From: Polyangiaceae bacterium
GTDB lineage: Bacteria > Myxococcota_A > Polyangia > Polyangiales > Polyangiaceae
Assembly (NCBI GenBank): GCA_050287085.1
Contig: JBNKBE010000002.1
Span: forward strand, 256,001 to 320,000
Length of the DNA: 64,000 nt
Direction: 5' to 3'
Shown here: positions 1 to 9,762 of the stretch, in pieces
Layout of the letters: each line of letters opens with the position of its first letter
Numbering within the stretch: position 1 is the first letter of the stretch
The notes under the pieces: generated by a model
What the model was told of the DNA's origin: nothing
The model's database searches: none
Seen by the model: the letters and a program-made list of their open reading frames with translations, nothing else
Translations under genes and position numbers: made by a program

Positions 1-2461
1 CGAGTCGTTCGTAGGCGCGGGCGAGCCCTCGGTGCGCGGCGTCATGACGTGGATCGAGTTCAAGCATGGCCTCGAGCGCCGCAATCGCCTCCGAAGGCGA
101 CAGGAACTCTTCCTCATAGAGAGCTGCGATGCGGGCGTAGAGCTCTAGTTTCTGTCGCGGCGTGGCCGAGACGCGCAGCTGTTCTTGTAGATTGGCGAGC
201 AACTCGTCGAATTGCCCGAGCACGCCATGCAGTCGGTCCAGGCCTCGCAGGGCACCCAGGTGAGACGGTTCCTCCGCAGCGACGGTACGGTAGAGCTTCA
301 GGGCGTCTGCGGCTGAACCCAAGTGGGCCTCGTGAACACCCGCAGCGCGACAGAGCAGCGTGAGGCGGGTCGAGCGATCTGCTGCGTTAGCCCAGCGCTC
401 GAGTAGTGCGGCGTAGCCCTTGTGGTCGCCCGCTTCTCGCAGGAGTTTGCCGAGCAGTTCGTTGCTCAGCGTGTGCGCGGGGTCTTGCTCTAAGATTCCT
501 TCCAATATGGAGCGGGCGGTCACGGCGTCGCTCAGCTGCTGCAGCTGCACTTCCGCCATCGCGAAACGCAGTTCCCGTGCGGCGGCCGCGGTGGGTGCGG
601 CTTCCGCCTGGCGAGCCAAGGCGACGACCAGCTCAGGCCATTGCTGGGCGCGGCGATAGATGCCTGACACGGCGTCCAGAGCGGGCTCATTGCCCGGATC
701 CAAGGGTAGCAGCGTCTGGTAACAGGATAACGCGAGATCCGGGCGCTTGAGCCGCTGCAGGTACCAACGGCCAAGCTGTCCGAGCAATTGGACTTTGTGC
801 TCCGTGGGCAGGTCTCCAGCGCTTTGGCTCCAGCAGCTTTCGGCAACTTCATTCCACGCCTCTGGCCGCGCGTCGGCCAGGCGTTCCACGCCCTCTCGTT
901 CTTCGTGCCCGGGTCGTTCCACAAACGCCTGACATTGCGCGAGGAGCGCCTGCTCGGGGTCGTCCAGCTGTTCCTCATAGAGGCGAGCGATATGTAGCCA
1001 TGCGTCAGCCCGGATCTCCGCGTCGCCGGCAGCTTCGATCTTTTCGAGCCACGACTCGATGACCGCTTCCGCCTTCCCCAGACGGACCTGGGCGACTTCC
1101 AAGCCGCGAATCGCCACCGGATCGTCGGGTCTCAATGCCAGCACGCGTTCAAAGCTGCGCTCCGCTCGCTCGTCGTCGCCGCGGCCATGGTGCAGCCGTC
1201 CAGCACGAAATGCGAGATCCAGCTTGGCTTCCACGGCGTCCGAGTCCAAGCGTTCAAATGCTGCGTCAAAGGCTTCTGCGACTCGCTCTGCGGCCGCGCC
1301 CCGGTCGATGGCGGCTTCCAGCGCCACCGCGGCTTCATGGTTGTCTGGCGCCTCGAGCAGCGCGGCGATCAGCTCTTCGAGATGCTCGGCCGGCATCGGG
1401 GGGCGTTGGCTTACCCGTTCGTGCAGCTGAGCGAGGCCTAGCAGGGCCGATGCGGCGTTGTTGGGGCGCTGCGCCGGCTCGGGTTCGAGCAGCGAGAGCA
1501 CCCATCGGTCGAGCGCTTCGTCGATGTGGGTGCTCGCGAGCGAGCTGGGAGGCAAGGGGGGACCGCTGAGCGCGCTTGAGGCCCACAGGATTGGGGTTGC
1601 CGCTGCCAACCCTCGCCGCTCCCCGAAAGGGGGGCGTCCGGTGAGCAGCTCGTACACCAGGGCGCCGACGGCATAGATGTCACTCGACGGGGAGGGCGGA
1701 TGTCCCAGCAGGCATTCCGGCGCACAGTAGCCAACGTGGCGCACGTGGGGCAGCGCGGGGGGCCCACCCGCCGCCGCTCCGCCCGCATCGAGCAGCACCA
1801 CCTTCATCGCGTTGTCAGTGGCCAGCAATATGTTGTTCGGACAGAGATTGCCGTGGTGCGCGCCCGCTGCGTGTAGCGGTTCCAATGCTTCGAGTAGCGC
1901 TCGCGCGACGCGCCGTGCCGTGATGCCCGGATCGCCTTCGAAGATCGCTGCAGGTAGCAATTGGCCGTCAACGTGAGGGGTAACGACCGCGGTGGCTCCG
2001 GGGAGGACACGCACCTCGTGTGGGTGGCCCTGCTGCGCCAGGAAGCGCGTGCTGACGGCCAGGCGGGCCGCCGTCTTGGATTCTGTGGGGTAGACCTTGA
2101 CGCGGACTCGGCGACTTTCGAGAGCAGCCGTGAACACGCGCCCAGAGTCGTCGAGGGTGCTTTCCAGCGCGTAGTCTCCGAGTTGGGCGCACAGCTGCTC
2201 CGGGTTCGGAAGGCGCGCCCGCAGGCAGCGTGCCGCAAATTCGCTGCCGTGCTCGGGGCTCATCAAGCGCGCCGCCTCGACCAAAGCCTCGAGGATTTGG
2301 TCCGTTTCACAACGAGCGACCAGCGCGCGGGCAAATGCTCCGGGGGAGCGGCTCTTGCAGACATGGTCGGCTGGAAGCTCGAGCAGAGTCTCGGCGAGTT
2401 CGACCAGCTGTTCTGCAGTGAAGAGGTGTTCTAGTTGCGCGTCGAGTCCGTCAATCTTCAC
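1..2461 (-). CDS. Large pseudokinase/TPR-repeat protein, partial (3' end runs off the window): N-terminal helical domain, degenerate Hanks kinase domain, TPR solenoid
   Basis: Not in the ORF track because it has no stop in the window. Manual translation from GTG 2461 gives MKIDGLDAQLEHLFTAEQLVELAETLL..., then kinase motifs HGNLCPNNILL, LLDAG, GYCAPE and SDIYAVGALVYELLTGRPPF, then TPR-like helices (AERSFERVLALRPDD, ALSCYQTLLPLDPGNEPALDAV). Confidence 0.85.
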   Translation of the reverse strand, partial: MKIDGLDAQLEHLFTAEQLVELAETLLELPADHVCKSRSPGAFARALVARCETDQILEALVEAARLMSPEHGSEFAARCLRARLPNPEQLCAQLGDYALESTLDDSGRVFTAALESRRVRVKVYPTESKTAARLAVSTRFLAQQGHPHEVRVLPGATAVVTPHVDGQLLPAAIFEGDPGITARRVARALLEALEPLHAAGAHHGNLCPNNILLATDNAMKVVLLDAGGAAAGGPPALPHVRHVGYCAPECLLGHPPSPSSDIYAVGALVYELLTGRPPFGERRGLAAATPILWASSALSGPPLPPSSLASTHIDEALDRWVLSLLEPEPAQRPNNAASALLGLAQLHERVSQRPPMPAEHLEELIAALLEAPDNHEAAVALEAAIDRGAAAERVAEAFDAAFERLDSDAVEAKLDLAFRAGRLHHGRGDDERAERSFERVLALRPDDPVAIRGLEVAQVRLGKAEAVIESWLEKIEAAGDAEIRADAWLHIARLYEEQLDDPEQALLAQCQAFVERPGHEEREGVERLADARPEAWNEVAESCWSQSAGDLPTEHKVQLLGQLGRWYLQRLKRPDLALSCYQTLLPLDPGNEPALDAVSGIYRRAQQWPELVVALARQAEAAPTAAAARELRFAMAEVQLQQLSDAVTARSILEGILEQDPAHTLSNELLGKLLREAGDHKGYAALLERWANAADRSTRLTLLCRAAGVHEAHLGSAADALKLYRTVAAEEPSHLGALRGLDRLHGVLGQFDELLANLQEQLRVSATPRQKLELYARIAALYEEEFLSPSEAIAALEAMLELDPRHDAAHRGLARAYERL

Positions 2462-2768
2462 AGCGGTTGTCAATCCTTGAATAGTCAACGCGAGGCCGGC
2501 GCGGAACGGCCGGTGTTCGCTTGCGGCCGCACGAAGGCTGCGTGCCAGGCGGTCAGCGCACACTTATCACATACACCAGTCCCGAGAGCAGCCGCGCGTG
2601 GGGGCATTGGTCGCTCCCGGATATCAGAAATGCCGCTCTGCCCAGCTCCGAAAATTCGCGCCTCGACGCGCTACCGCGTCCCGTTCTGTCACCTGAGGGG
2701 CCACCGCTTTCGAGGAAATCCTTGCTCGAAAGTGGGCAGCAAGAGAGTCGTTGTGACATAGACGCAGC

Positions 2769-3065
2769 ATGCGTCGCTTGCCAGCGCTTGAGCGCCTCTT
2801 GCCGCTGAGCTTGCTGGCCGTAGCCCTCGTCTCGGTCCCCATCCTGTTGCTCTCTGAAGGAGGCCTCGAGCGAGTCCACAGGCTGGAAAAAGAGAAAGCC
2901 GTTGTCGCTGCGCACGTGGCGGAGCTGGAGGGCGACATCCGTCGCCTTCGGGCGGAGGCCAACCATATCAAGGAGGATCCGTCGCGTGTGGAGCAGGTAG
3001 CACGGGACGAGCTGGGGCTCGTGCGTCAGACGGAGGTTGTCTTCCAGTTCAAGCACGCTCGCTAG
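2769..3065 (+). CDS. ftsB: Septum formation initiator, FtsB/DivIC family
   Basis: Short N-terminus, one TM helix, coiled coil, and the C-terminal motif VEQVARDELGLVRQTEVVF. Confidence 0.8.
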   Translation: MRRLPALERLLPLSLLAVALVSVPILLLSEGGLERVHRLEKEKAVVAAHVAELEGDIRRLRAEANHIKEDPSRVEQVARDELGLVRQTEVVFQFKHAR

Positions 3066-3141
3066 CTCGCCGTGCGAGGGCGGGGCTCCGGCGACGAAGG
3101 GGGCGGCTCCTTGCCCACGGAGCTCCGCCGGTGGGCGACGT

Positions 3142-3807
3142 CTAGGGCCAGCGTGCTTGAATCCCCAATCCGGCTTCAAACTGGGCTTCGATCGCGCGCA
3201 CAACGCTGACGCCGGGGCCCACCTGGATGAAGGCTCCCAGGTTGCGGCTGAAGTTGTACTGACCGCCGAAATGCAGATGGGTGAGAATGTCGGTATCGTA
3301 GTTACCGAGCAGCGCGTCGGCGGCGCTGCGTGCGCCTTCGAGACGGAGCCCTGCCGCGAGGTCCAGATACAACTGGAAGTTGTGCTCAGACGTGTAGAAG
3401 CGGGTGCCCAGCCCCAGCACCGTGAGCGGGGCGGTGCGCGAATAGCTGTCGCCGCCGAGTCCGAGGCGCGTCCATAAATACGGTTCTACGCGGGGCGTTA
3501 GGCCGTAGGAAAGGGCCAGATCCAGGGCAAGCGGTGCCGCGTGTCCACACACGTTGGTCTCTGAGCCGTGAACTTCACACGGCGGGGAATCATCGTAGCG
3601 GAACATCACGGAGTAAGGCAGGACGAAGCCGACTCGCAGCCCACCGGTTCCGGCATGGGTGCCCGCCTTGGGCGTTCCTTCCGTCGTTGCATCGCTGGCG
3701 CAGACCGGAGTCGAGACGGCCAGAGCCAGCATGGCCGTCAGGCCGCCGAACGCGATCGGAGTAGCGAAACCTACAGAGGCGCGGGGCCGAGAAAAACGCA
3801 GAGCCAT
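3142..3807 (-). CDS. Secreted small outer-membrane beta-barrel-like protein
   Basis: Signal-peptide-like N-terminus, alternating amphipathic strands, a Cys-pair loop, C-terminus GIQARWP. Confidence 0.6.
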   Translation of the reverse strand: MALRFSRPRASVGFATPIAFGGLTAMLALAVSTPVCASDATTEGTPKAGTHAGTGGLRVGFVLPYSVMFRYDDSPPCEVHGSETNVCGHAAPLALDLALSYGLTPRVEPYLWTRLGLGGDSYSRTAPLTVLGLGTRFYTSEHNFQLYLDLAAGLRLEGARSAADALLGNYDTDILTHLHFGGQYNFSRNLGAFIQVGPGVSVVRAIEAQFEAGLGIQARWP

Positions 3808-4026
3808 GAAGGGATCTCATAGACCAGCATCCCCGGGCAGCCCCACCAAAAAAGGACCTCCGGGGACCGCCGTGGCCGCCAGCCTTGGGCCCCATAGCCC
3901 GGCACTTAGCTCAGCAGGGGTGCGGAGGGGCGGCTGGACTGAACCGTGGTGTTACACCTGCGGGCGGGGAGCCGATATTTGTAGAAAGATTCCCCCCGTG
4001 CCCAAATGAAGCTACCTTTGGTACCT

Positions 4027-4386
4027 ATGTTTCGCGAGGCGCTACAAGGGGTCGTCGACCGCGTCGACGGCGGGCTGGCCGGCATGCTGATCGACTTCGA
4101 AGGGATACCGCTCGAGTCGTATTCTCGAGACAACGCCGCTTTGGACGTCGAAGCGATCGGGGCGGAAGTGAGTGTGCTGGTGAAGTCGATTCAGCGCGCT
4201 GGCGAAATGCTGGAGGCGGGGGCCACGCGCGAGGTGTCGATCAAGAACGAGCGCATGGTGACCGTCGTGCGAGTGCTCAACGAGACCTACTTCATGGCGG
4301 TGACCTTGGCGCCTCATGGCAACCTAGGCAAAGCCCGCTACTTGATGCGGGTAGCGGCGCCAGGGCTGATCGAAGAACTCGCGTGA
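4027..4386 (+). CDS. mglC: Roadblock/LC7 protein, MglC-like polarity protein
   Basis: MFREALQGVVDRVDGG...FEGIPLESY...YFMAVTLAPHGNLGKARYLMR resembles myxobacterial MglC (GNFGKGRY-type C-terminus). ATG 4027 preferred over 4006. Confidence 0.7.
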   Translation: MFREALQGVVDRVDGGLAGMLIDFEGIPLESYSRDNAALDVEAIGAEVSVLVKSIQRAGEMLEAGATREVSIKNERMVTVVRVLNETYFMAVTLAPHGNLGKARYLMRVAAPGLIEELA

Positions 4387-4399
4387 ACGCGTCTACGAC

Positions 4400-4858
4400 A
4401 TGAGCGACGCAAAGCCTACCGCGCGTTTCTTGGTCCTCAGTGGTCCCAACTTGGACAGACTGGGCAAACGCGAGCCGCACGTCTACGGCCACCAGACGCT
4501 CGAAGACATTCATGGGCGCATCCAGGAGCTATCCCGTCACCTGGGGGTTGTTGTCGCGTGTCGTCAATCCAACCACGAAGGGCAGCTGATCGACTGGATG
4601 AACTCGGCTTGCGCTGACGGCTTTGCCGGCATTGCCATCAATCCGGGAGCCCTCACGCACTACTCGTGGGCTTTGCATGACTCCATCAAGGGCTGCGAGC
4701 TTCCCGTGGTCGAAGTGCATCTCTCCAATCCAGCGTCTCGCGAGGAGTTTCGGCGTCACTCCTGTGTTGCTCCGGCGTGTCTCGGCACGGTGGCGGGCTT
4801 CGGCCCCGATTCCTACCTGCTGGCGCTTCGTGCGTTGTGTAGTTCCGCCGGCGCGTGA
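4400..4858 (+). CDS. aroQ: Type II 3-dehydroquinate dehydratase
   Basis: GPNLDRLGKREPHVYG, QSNHEG, INPGALTH, EVHLSNP..REEFR. Confidence 0.95.
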   Translation: MSDAKPTARFLVLSGPNLDRLGKREPHVYGHQTLEDIHGRIQELSRHLGVVVACRQSNHEGQLIDWMNSACADGFAGIAINPGALTHYSWALHDSIKGCELPVVEVHLSNPASREEFRRHSCVAPACLGTVAGFGPDSYLLALRALCSSAGA

Positions 4859-4877
4859 GGAGCCTACCAGCGGGCGC

Positions 4878-5738
4878 TCAGGGGCCGTGTGTGAGCCGGA
4901 GGCCGGCTCCAACCCAGCCGTGTACACGCAGCTTTTCAACTTCTCTATCTTCGGGGCAGAAGCCGCGGAGCGCGCTGGGGCAGGTGAAGGAGTCGCGTAT
5001 GTAGGTTCCTACCGCGGTTGATAGGTAGGGGCCCCAGGTTAAGGACTCACCCAATTCCCAGTCGAGTCCCGCTTCCAGCGTCAGCTGCGGACCTCCGAGC
5101 AGTTCTTTGGCCGTCAGGGCCACAGCGCTGGCGTCGACGCCGCTGCCGGCGGGTACCTCGACGTTGAGCCCCTGAGCGGCGCGCGTCATGCTGGCCCAGA
5201 GCGACTCCCAACCCAGGCTCATTCCGCCCCAAAGCGCGCGACCGTTGTGCCGTTCCCCGTGATAGAGCACCTGTGCCCCGAGCCGGAGCTCCGTGAAGTG
5301 GCAGTCTGCGTCCTTGGGACAGTCGTCTCCGAAGAGGCCGACCGCGAGCTGGGTTTGCAATCCCAGCCACCAATGAGCGTCCAGCTGATAGCCCAGGTCG
5401 AGCCACAAGGGGGTGCGCAGCAACACGAGATCGCGCAGGGTCCCACTGCGCAGCGCCGGAAGGGCTACCGGTGCGTCCGTTTTGCCCCAGGGCACGCTCG
5501 CCCCCAATCTGAGACCGTAGGCGAAGCCGGACTGCGCCTCATGAGTCCGGCTTGTCCCCTCCAGAAACGGCGCGTTGCGTTCATTCGCGGGGGCGGGTGT
5601 CGCGAGCAATGCACCGGTCAGACCCAGCGAGCCGGCGAGCCGGCGAAGCGGGGCTCGAGGTGAGTTGGGCGAGCGGCACTGCCGAGACGGCCGCGGCGAG
5701 GGCCCAGCATCGCCGGAAGGGGTCAATGGACGTGTCAT
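4878..5738 (-). CDS. Outer-membrane beta-barrel-like exported protein (start uncertain; ORF extends to 5831)
   Basis: Signal-like segment LAGSLGLTGALLATPAPA, amphipathic strands (PLWLDLGYQL, LTWGPYLS, HGWVGAGLRL), two Cys-pair loops. Confidence 0.6.
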   Translation of the reverse strand: MTRPLTPSGDAGPSPRPSRQCRSPNSPRAPLRRLAGSLGLTGALLATPAPANERNAPFLEGTSRTHEAQSGFAYGLRLGASVPWGKTDAPVALPALRSGTLRDLVLLRTPLWLDLGYQLDAHWWLGLQTQLAVGLFGDDCPKDADCHFTELRLGAQVLYHGERHNGRALWGGMSLGWESLWASMTRAAQGLNVEVPAGSGVDASAVALTAKELLGGPQLTLEAGLDWELGESLTWGPYLSTAVGTYIRDSFTCPSALRGFCPEDREVEKLRVHGWVGAGLRLTHGP

Positions 5739-5909
5739 GCCCACGGATTTAGGGCGCTTTGTCTGCAGCGTCACCCAAATTGGTGAGTCCACCTCACCGT
5801 TGGCCGGTGGTGAAGAGGAAGGCTTCAGCATTGGCGGCGTACCAGCGGTGGGCTACTGTGCCTGCTGGGCGCCAGCAGCCAAGGCGCACGACTACCAAGG
5901 GGCCTGCTT

Positions 5910-8858
5910 GTGAAGATGACGAAGGTGAAAGAGAGGGGTCTAGGCGCGCTCGGATTGGCGCTTGGGTTGCTAGCCGCAGCGTGCAGCAGCCCGCCCGACG
6001 AGCCAGAGGCGCGCGGAGGAAAGGACCGTTCGAAGGAAGACGCGGGAGCTTCTTTGGACGCGGGTGCCCAGAGTGACGGGGGGGAGGACGACGATGACCG
6101 CGTGACCGTGTCGTCAGGGGACGGCGGAGGAGTCGTGGTACCGATACCCGACGCCGGTCACGACGGCGGAGCCACGCCGGCGCCGGTGACCTTGCGAGGT
6201 CATCTACGCGTGGGGGAACGGCTATATATCGATCAGGACGTGGCTAATCTCGACGTGCTGCCCGGGGTTAACGATCACATGAATCGAGCCGACCCGGACA
6301 TGGATGAAGCCCAGGTGATATCGAGTCCTAGTACGGTCGTGGGCTACTTGGGACCCGAAGTGCCCACGGGCGAAGAAGGCGAGACCCGCCCGGACGACGT
6401 GGATTACTACAAGGTTCAGCTGCAGCAGGGTCAGATCGTTTCGCTCTACGTATCTGAGCCCGGCGCCGAGGAGGCACCCCGTCCAGATCTGGATCTATTT
6501 CTGTTCCCAGCCTTGGCCGACGGCGAAGCGGAGTTGGCCGAGCCGGACGACTTCGTTGACGACGATCAGGGGGTAGGGGACAAGGAGCTGGTCGTGGCTC
6601 CCGTCACGGGAACCTACTGGGTCGCCGTCGAGCGCTACCAGGACGACCAGGATGACGGAAGCCCTGAAGACGATGCGAAGGTGGGCGGCGTGTATACGCT
6701 CACCGTGGGGGTGCGTCCCAGCGACGACGTGTTGAGCGAAATGGCCAGTAGCAAGGTAAGCAGCAGCTTAGCGCTGGTTCCGGGGACCGCGTTGGTTGAG
6801 ATGAACCCTGGCTCCCGCGTCCCCGAAGTGACGCGCTCCGGTCGCCGCTTCTCACTATCGCGAGGTCCCGTTGGTCGGTTCCAGCGGGTGGATGTGGCTT
6901 TGCCTTCAGCCCGACGTATCGAGCGTTCGGCGCGCAGCGAGCGTGTGGCTCGGCAGGCCACGATTTCCGCGATCAAGGAGCTTAGCCGGCAGCGTGGCGT
7001 GCTGAGGGTGCATCCAGAGTACCTCTATAGCACTCAGCAGGTGCCCGACGATCCTTTGTATCCTCAGCAGTGGCACTACTCGCAATTGGACTTGGAAGAA
7101 GCCTGGGCCAACAGCGATCGAATCGAGAACGGTAGTCGCGGAGAAGGGGTTGTTGTTGCGGTGATCGACACCGGCATAGTGCCTCAGCATCCGGACTTCG
7201 AGAACGCGGATGGTTCGTCGCAAATTGTTGCGGGCAAAGATGTTATCTCGTTCTACGGACAGACGCGCTCAGGGGAGGAGCTCCCCGACTTCGCTGTCGA
7301 TGGTGACGGGGTCGACAACGATCCGACGGATCCGGGAGATGGCCGCACGCCAGGGGACCACTCCTTTCACGGAACCCACTGCGCGGGGACGATCGCGGCT
7401 GCGACCAACAATGGCAAGGGTGGCGCTGGCGTGGCCCCGAACGCCAAGATCATGCCGGTGCGCGCTATCGGTCGGGGAGGTGGAATCTCCTCGGATATCG
7501 CCGTGGCCATTCTGTGGGCCGCAGGGCTCGACAATCCGACTGGAACGGTACCCAAGCGTCCGGCGGACATCATCAGTATGAGTCTAGGGGGACCGAGGAG
7601 TACTGTGTTCGCGGATGCTGTTGCCGCCGCGCGCGCCAAGGGGGTCATCGTGGTTGCCGCAGCGGGCAATGAGCACGCGGACGTCAACCTCGTGGGGCCC
7701 GCGGCCGAGCCCGGCGTGGTTGCCGTCTCAGCAACGGATTTTAACCGTGACCTCGCGTTCTACTCGAATAGCGGCGGGGCCGTCGACGTTGCGGCGCCCG
7801 GTGGCGACATCCAAGCGGATATCAATCTAGATGGCTTGGGCGACGGCGTGATCAGTACGGTCTTCAAGAATAATGGCCGTACACAATACATTGCCTATCA
7901 AGGAACATCGATGGCGACGCCCCACGTAGCGGGCGTGGCCGCCTTGATGAAGTCGATTTGGCCGGCGATGACCCCCGATGACTTCGATCGGGTGCTGCCC
8001 GAGATCGCGATCGACATTGGCAATATGGGGAAGGATCCGAGCTTCGGGCACGGCCTCATCAATGCCAATCGCGCCGTATTGGTCGCCGCTAGGGAGGCGA
8101 GCAAGACGATTACGAGCGAACCGGTGCTCAGCGTTTCAACCACTGCGTTGGACTTTGGTGGTGGAGACAACGATCGCTTACCCTTGGTCATCAGCAATAC
8201 CGGTGACGAAGCGGCTGAGCTTCAGCTGACCGCCGTGACGCCGTCAGCCGCTTGGATCAGTGTCCCGGGGGCGGATGTTGGACTCAACGAGGTGGTGATA
8301 GATCGTCAACACCCCGACCTGCAGCCAGGGGCCAACTTGAGCTCGGTACTACTGCAGAGCAACGGCGGCGACGTGAGCATTGACGTCCGCGTCTTCGTTG
8401 GCGACGAGCCGCTCGGCGGAGATCTCGATCTGGTCTACGTGCTGCTGGTCAATCCCGAAACGGGCAAGGTACGCGATTTGGAGCGTGACCAGGTGGCAGC
8501 GTTCCGCAGTGAGGAAGGTTTTCTGCCAGACTATGGTTTCGAGTTCGAGGCCGTCGCACCCGGGCGCTACTATCTGGTCGCCGGAACAGACGCGGCCGAT
8601 ACCTTCTTTCTGGGGAACGACGGAGACGCCTATGGTGCCTTTCCTCTAGCTCAGGATCCGGAAATGCTGTGCATCAATGTGGAGGATGAGGTGGGCAACT
8701 GCAAACGGATCATCACCGATGACACCCATGACATGGACTTCGCACTCCAAGTGCTCGTCGATCAAGGCGCGGAGTACGTGGAGGACGCAAATGCTGGAGT
8801 AAGCAGCAAGGGCGTGAGCGGAAGGGTTCGAGCTATCAAGGCGGAGCGAGCGTGGTGA
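5910..8858 (+). CDS. S8 subtilisin-like serine peptidase lipoprotein with a PPC-like domain and C-terminal Ig-like domains
   Basis: Lipobox LAAAC; catalytic triad motifs VAVIDTG, HGTHCAGTI, GTSMATPH; DDVDYYKVQL PPC-like motif. Confidence 0.92.
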   Translation: MKMTKVKERGLGALGLALGLLAAACSSPPDEPEARGGKDRSKEDAGASLDAGAQSDGGEDDDDRVTVSSGDGGGVVVPIPDAGHDGGATPAPVTLRGHLRVGERLYIDQDVANLDVLPGVNDHMNRADPDMDEAQVISSPSTVVGYLGPEVPTGEEGETRPDDVDYYKVQLQQGQIVSLYVSEPGAEEAPRPDLDLFLFPALADGEAELAEPDDFVDDDQGVGDKELVVAPVTGTYWVAVERYQDDQDDGSPEDDAKVGGVYTLTVGVRPSDDVLSEMASSKVSSSLALVPGTALVEMNPGSRVPEVTRSGRRFSLSRGPVGRFQRVDVALPSARRIERSARSERVARQATISAIKELSRQRGVLRVHPEYLYSTQQVPDDPLYPQQWHYSQLDLEEAWANSDRIENGSRGEGVVVAVIDTGIVPQHPDFENADGSSQIVAGKDVISFYGQTRSGEELPDFAVDGDGVDNDPTDPGDGRTPGDHSFHGTHCAGTIAAATNNGKGGAGVAPNAKIMPVRAIGRGGGISSDIAVAILWAAGLDNPTGTVPKRPADIISMSLGGPRSTVFADAVAAARAKGVIVVAAAGNEHADVNLVGPAAEPGVVAVSATDFNRDLAFYSNSGGAVDVAAPGGDIQADINLDGLGDGVISTVFKNNGRTQYIAYQGTSMATPHVAGVAALMKSIWPAMTPDDFDRVLPEIAIDIGNMGKDPSFGHGLINANRAVLVAAREASKTITSEPVLSVSTTALDFGGGDNDRLPLVISNTGDEAAELQLTAVTPSAAWISVPGADVGLNEVVIDRQHPDLQPGANLSSVLLQSNGGDVSIDVRVFVGDEPLGGDLDLVYVLLVNPETGKVRDLERDQVAAFRSEEGFLPDYGFEFEAVAPGRYYLVAGTDAADTFFLGNDGDAYGAFPLAQDPEMLCINVEDEVGNCKRIITDDTHDMDFALQVLVDQGAEYVEDANAGVSSKGVSGRVRAIKAERAW

Positions 8859-9259
8859 GCAACGACTACATACTGAACTCCGGTTGGCTGGCTCGCTCAC
8901 CCCGCTCATGGATCTGCTTTGTAGCGGCGGCTTCTTTTTTGGCGGCGTGTAGCAAAGCCGAGCCCCCCGCAGCCCCAGAGGGTCCCAGCTCTCTGCGTGA
9001 TTCGGCCGCTGCCCCGAATTCGTCGGGCACGGCCGGAGGCGTCTCACCTTGCCAGGTGGGGGGCTGCAGCGGCGAGCTGTGTTTGCGCGCGGATGCACCG
9101 GGTGTTGTTGGGCCTTGTGACTATCGCCCTGAATACGCCTGTTATCGGGAAGCGAGCTGCGCTCCGAACGCCGCAGGCGTATGTGAGTGGCAGAAGAGCC
9201 CCGCGCTCGACAAGTGCTTGTCCCAGCGTCGCAGAAGCCTGCCTGTAGTGCCCGAATAG
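8852..9259 (+). CDS. Small lipoprotein with an eight-cysteine-cluster-like domain
   Basis: Lipobox LAAC; CQVGGCSGELC...CDYRPEYACYREASC...GVCEW...C (8 Cys); overlaps the S8 stop. Confidence 0.75.
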   Translation: MVSNDYILNSGWLARSPRSWICFVAAASFLAACSKAEPPAAPEGPSSLRDSAAAPNSSGTAGGVSPCQVGGCSGELCLRADAPGVVGPCDYRPEYACYREASCAPNAAGVCEWQKSPALDKCLSQRRRSLPVVPE

Positions 9260-9338
9260 CCGGGCGTGCCTGAATACCGGGCGTGCCTGAATACCGGGCG
9301 TGCCTGAATACCGGGCGTGCCTGAATACCGGGCGTGCC
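9260..9338. repeat. 17-bp perfect tandem repeat CCGGGCGTGCCTGAATA, about 4.6 copies
   Basis: Units at 9260, 9277, 9294, 9311 and a partial unit at 9328; starts right after the TAG at 9259. Confidence 0.95.
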
Positions 9339-9680
9339 AGCGTCGCAGTGATTCTTCGCATATGCCGTCCCCGAGCTCTTGAACATCGGCGGCTTTGGGG
9401 GTGCTCTGCGAGGAACGCTGATGGCATCAGTACCAGCGCGTGCACACTTGAGCGTGACGTAAGCGAGCCTGTGTACTGGTGCCCCACCTATTGGCGCTGA
9501 ACTGCATCGCACACGTTGCCATGCTTCTCCAGCTTCTCCAGTTGCTCTGCGGTGCTCTCGCCTCACGCGCCCACCTCGCGGCGCTCTCGACCGGCTGGCG
9601 ACTGACTTTGCCATCCGCGGGCCCTTGCGCCTTCAACCGCCTCCGCGCTGCCGCCGGATTTACGCCTGTGGCAGCGCCCG

Positions 9681-9747
9681 GCGCGGTACATCGCAGCGCG
9701 GTACATCGCAGCGCGGTACATCGCAGCGCGGTACATCGCAGCGCGGT
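9681..9747. repeat. 15-bp perfect tandem repeat GCGCGGTACATCGCA, about 4.5 copies
   Basis: Units at 9681, 9696, 9711, 9726 and a partial unit at 9741; about 15 bp downstream of the stop at 9763. Confidence 0.95.
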
Positions 9748-9762
9748 TGGACGCCGCGCTAA

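Noticed and set aside
8646..9614. 322-aa minus-strand ORF
   Set aside because: It is antisense to the S8 and 8-Cys genes, its repeats derive from the VNTR, and its composition is not protein-like.
9260..9747. Repeat arrays as a CRISPR locus
   Set aside because: The units are contiguous with no spacers, are too short (15-17 bp), and no cas genes are present.
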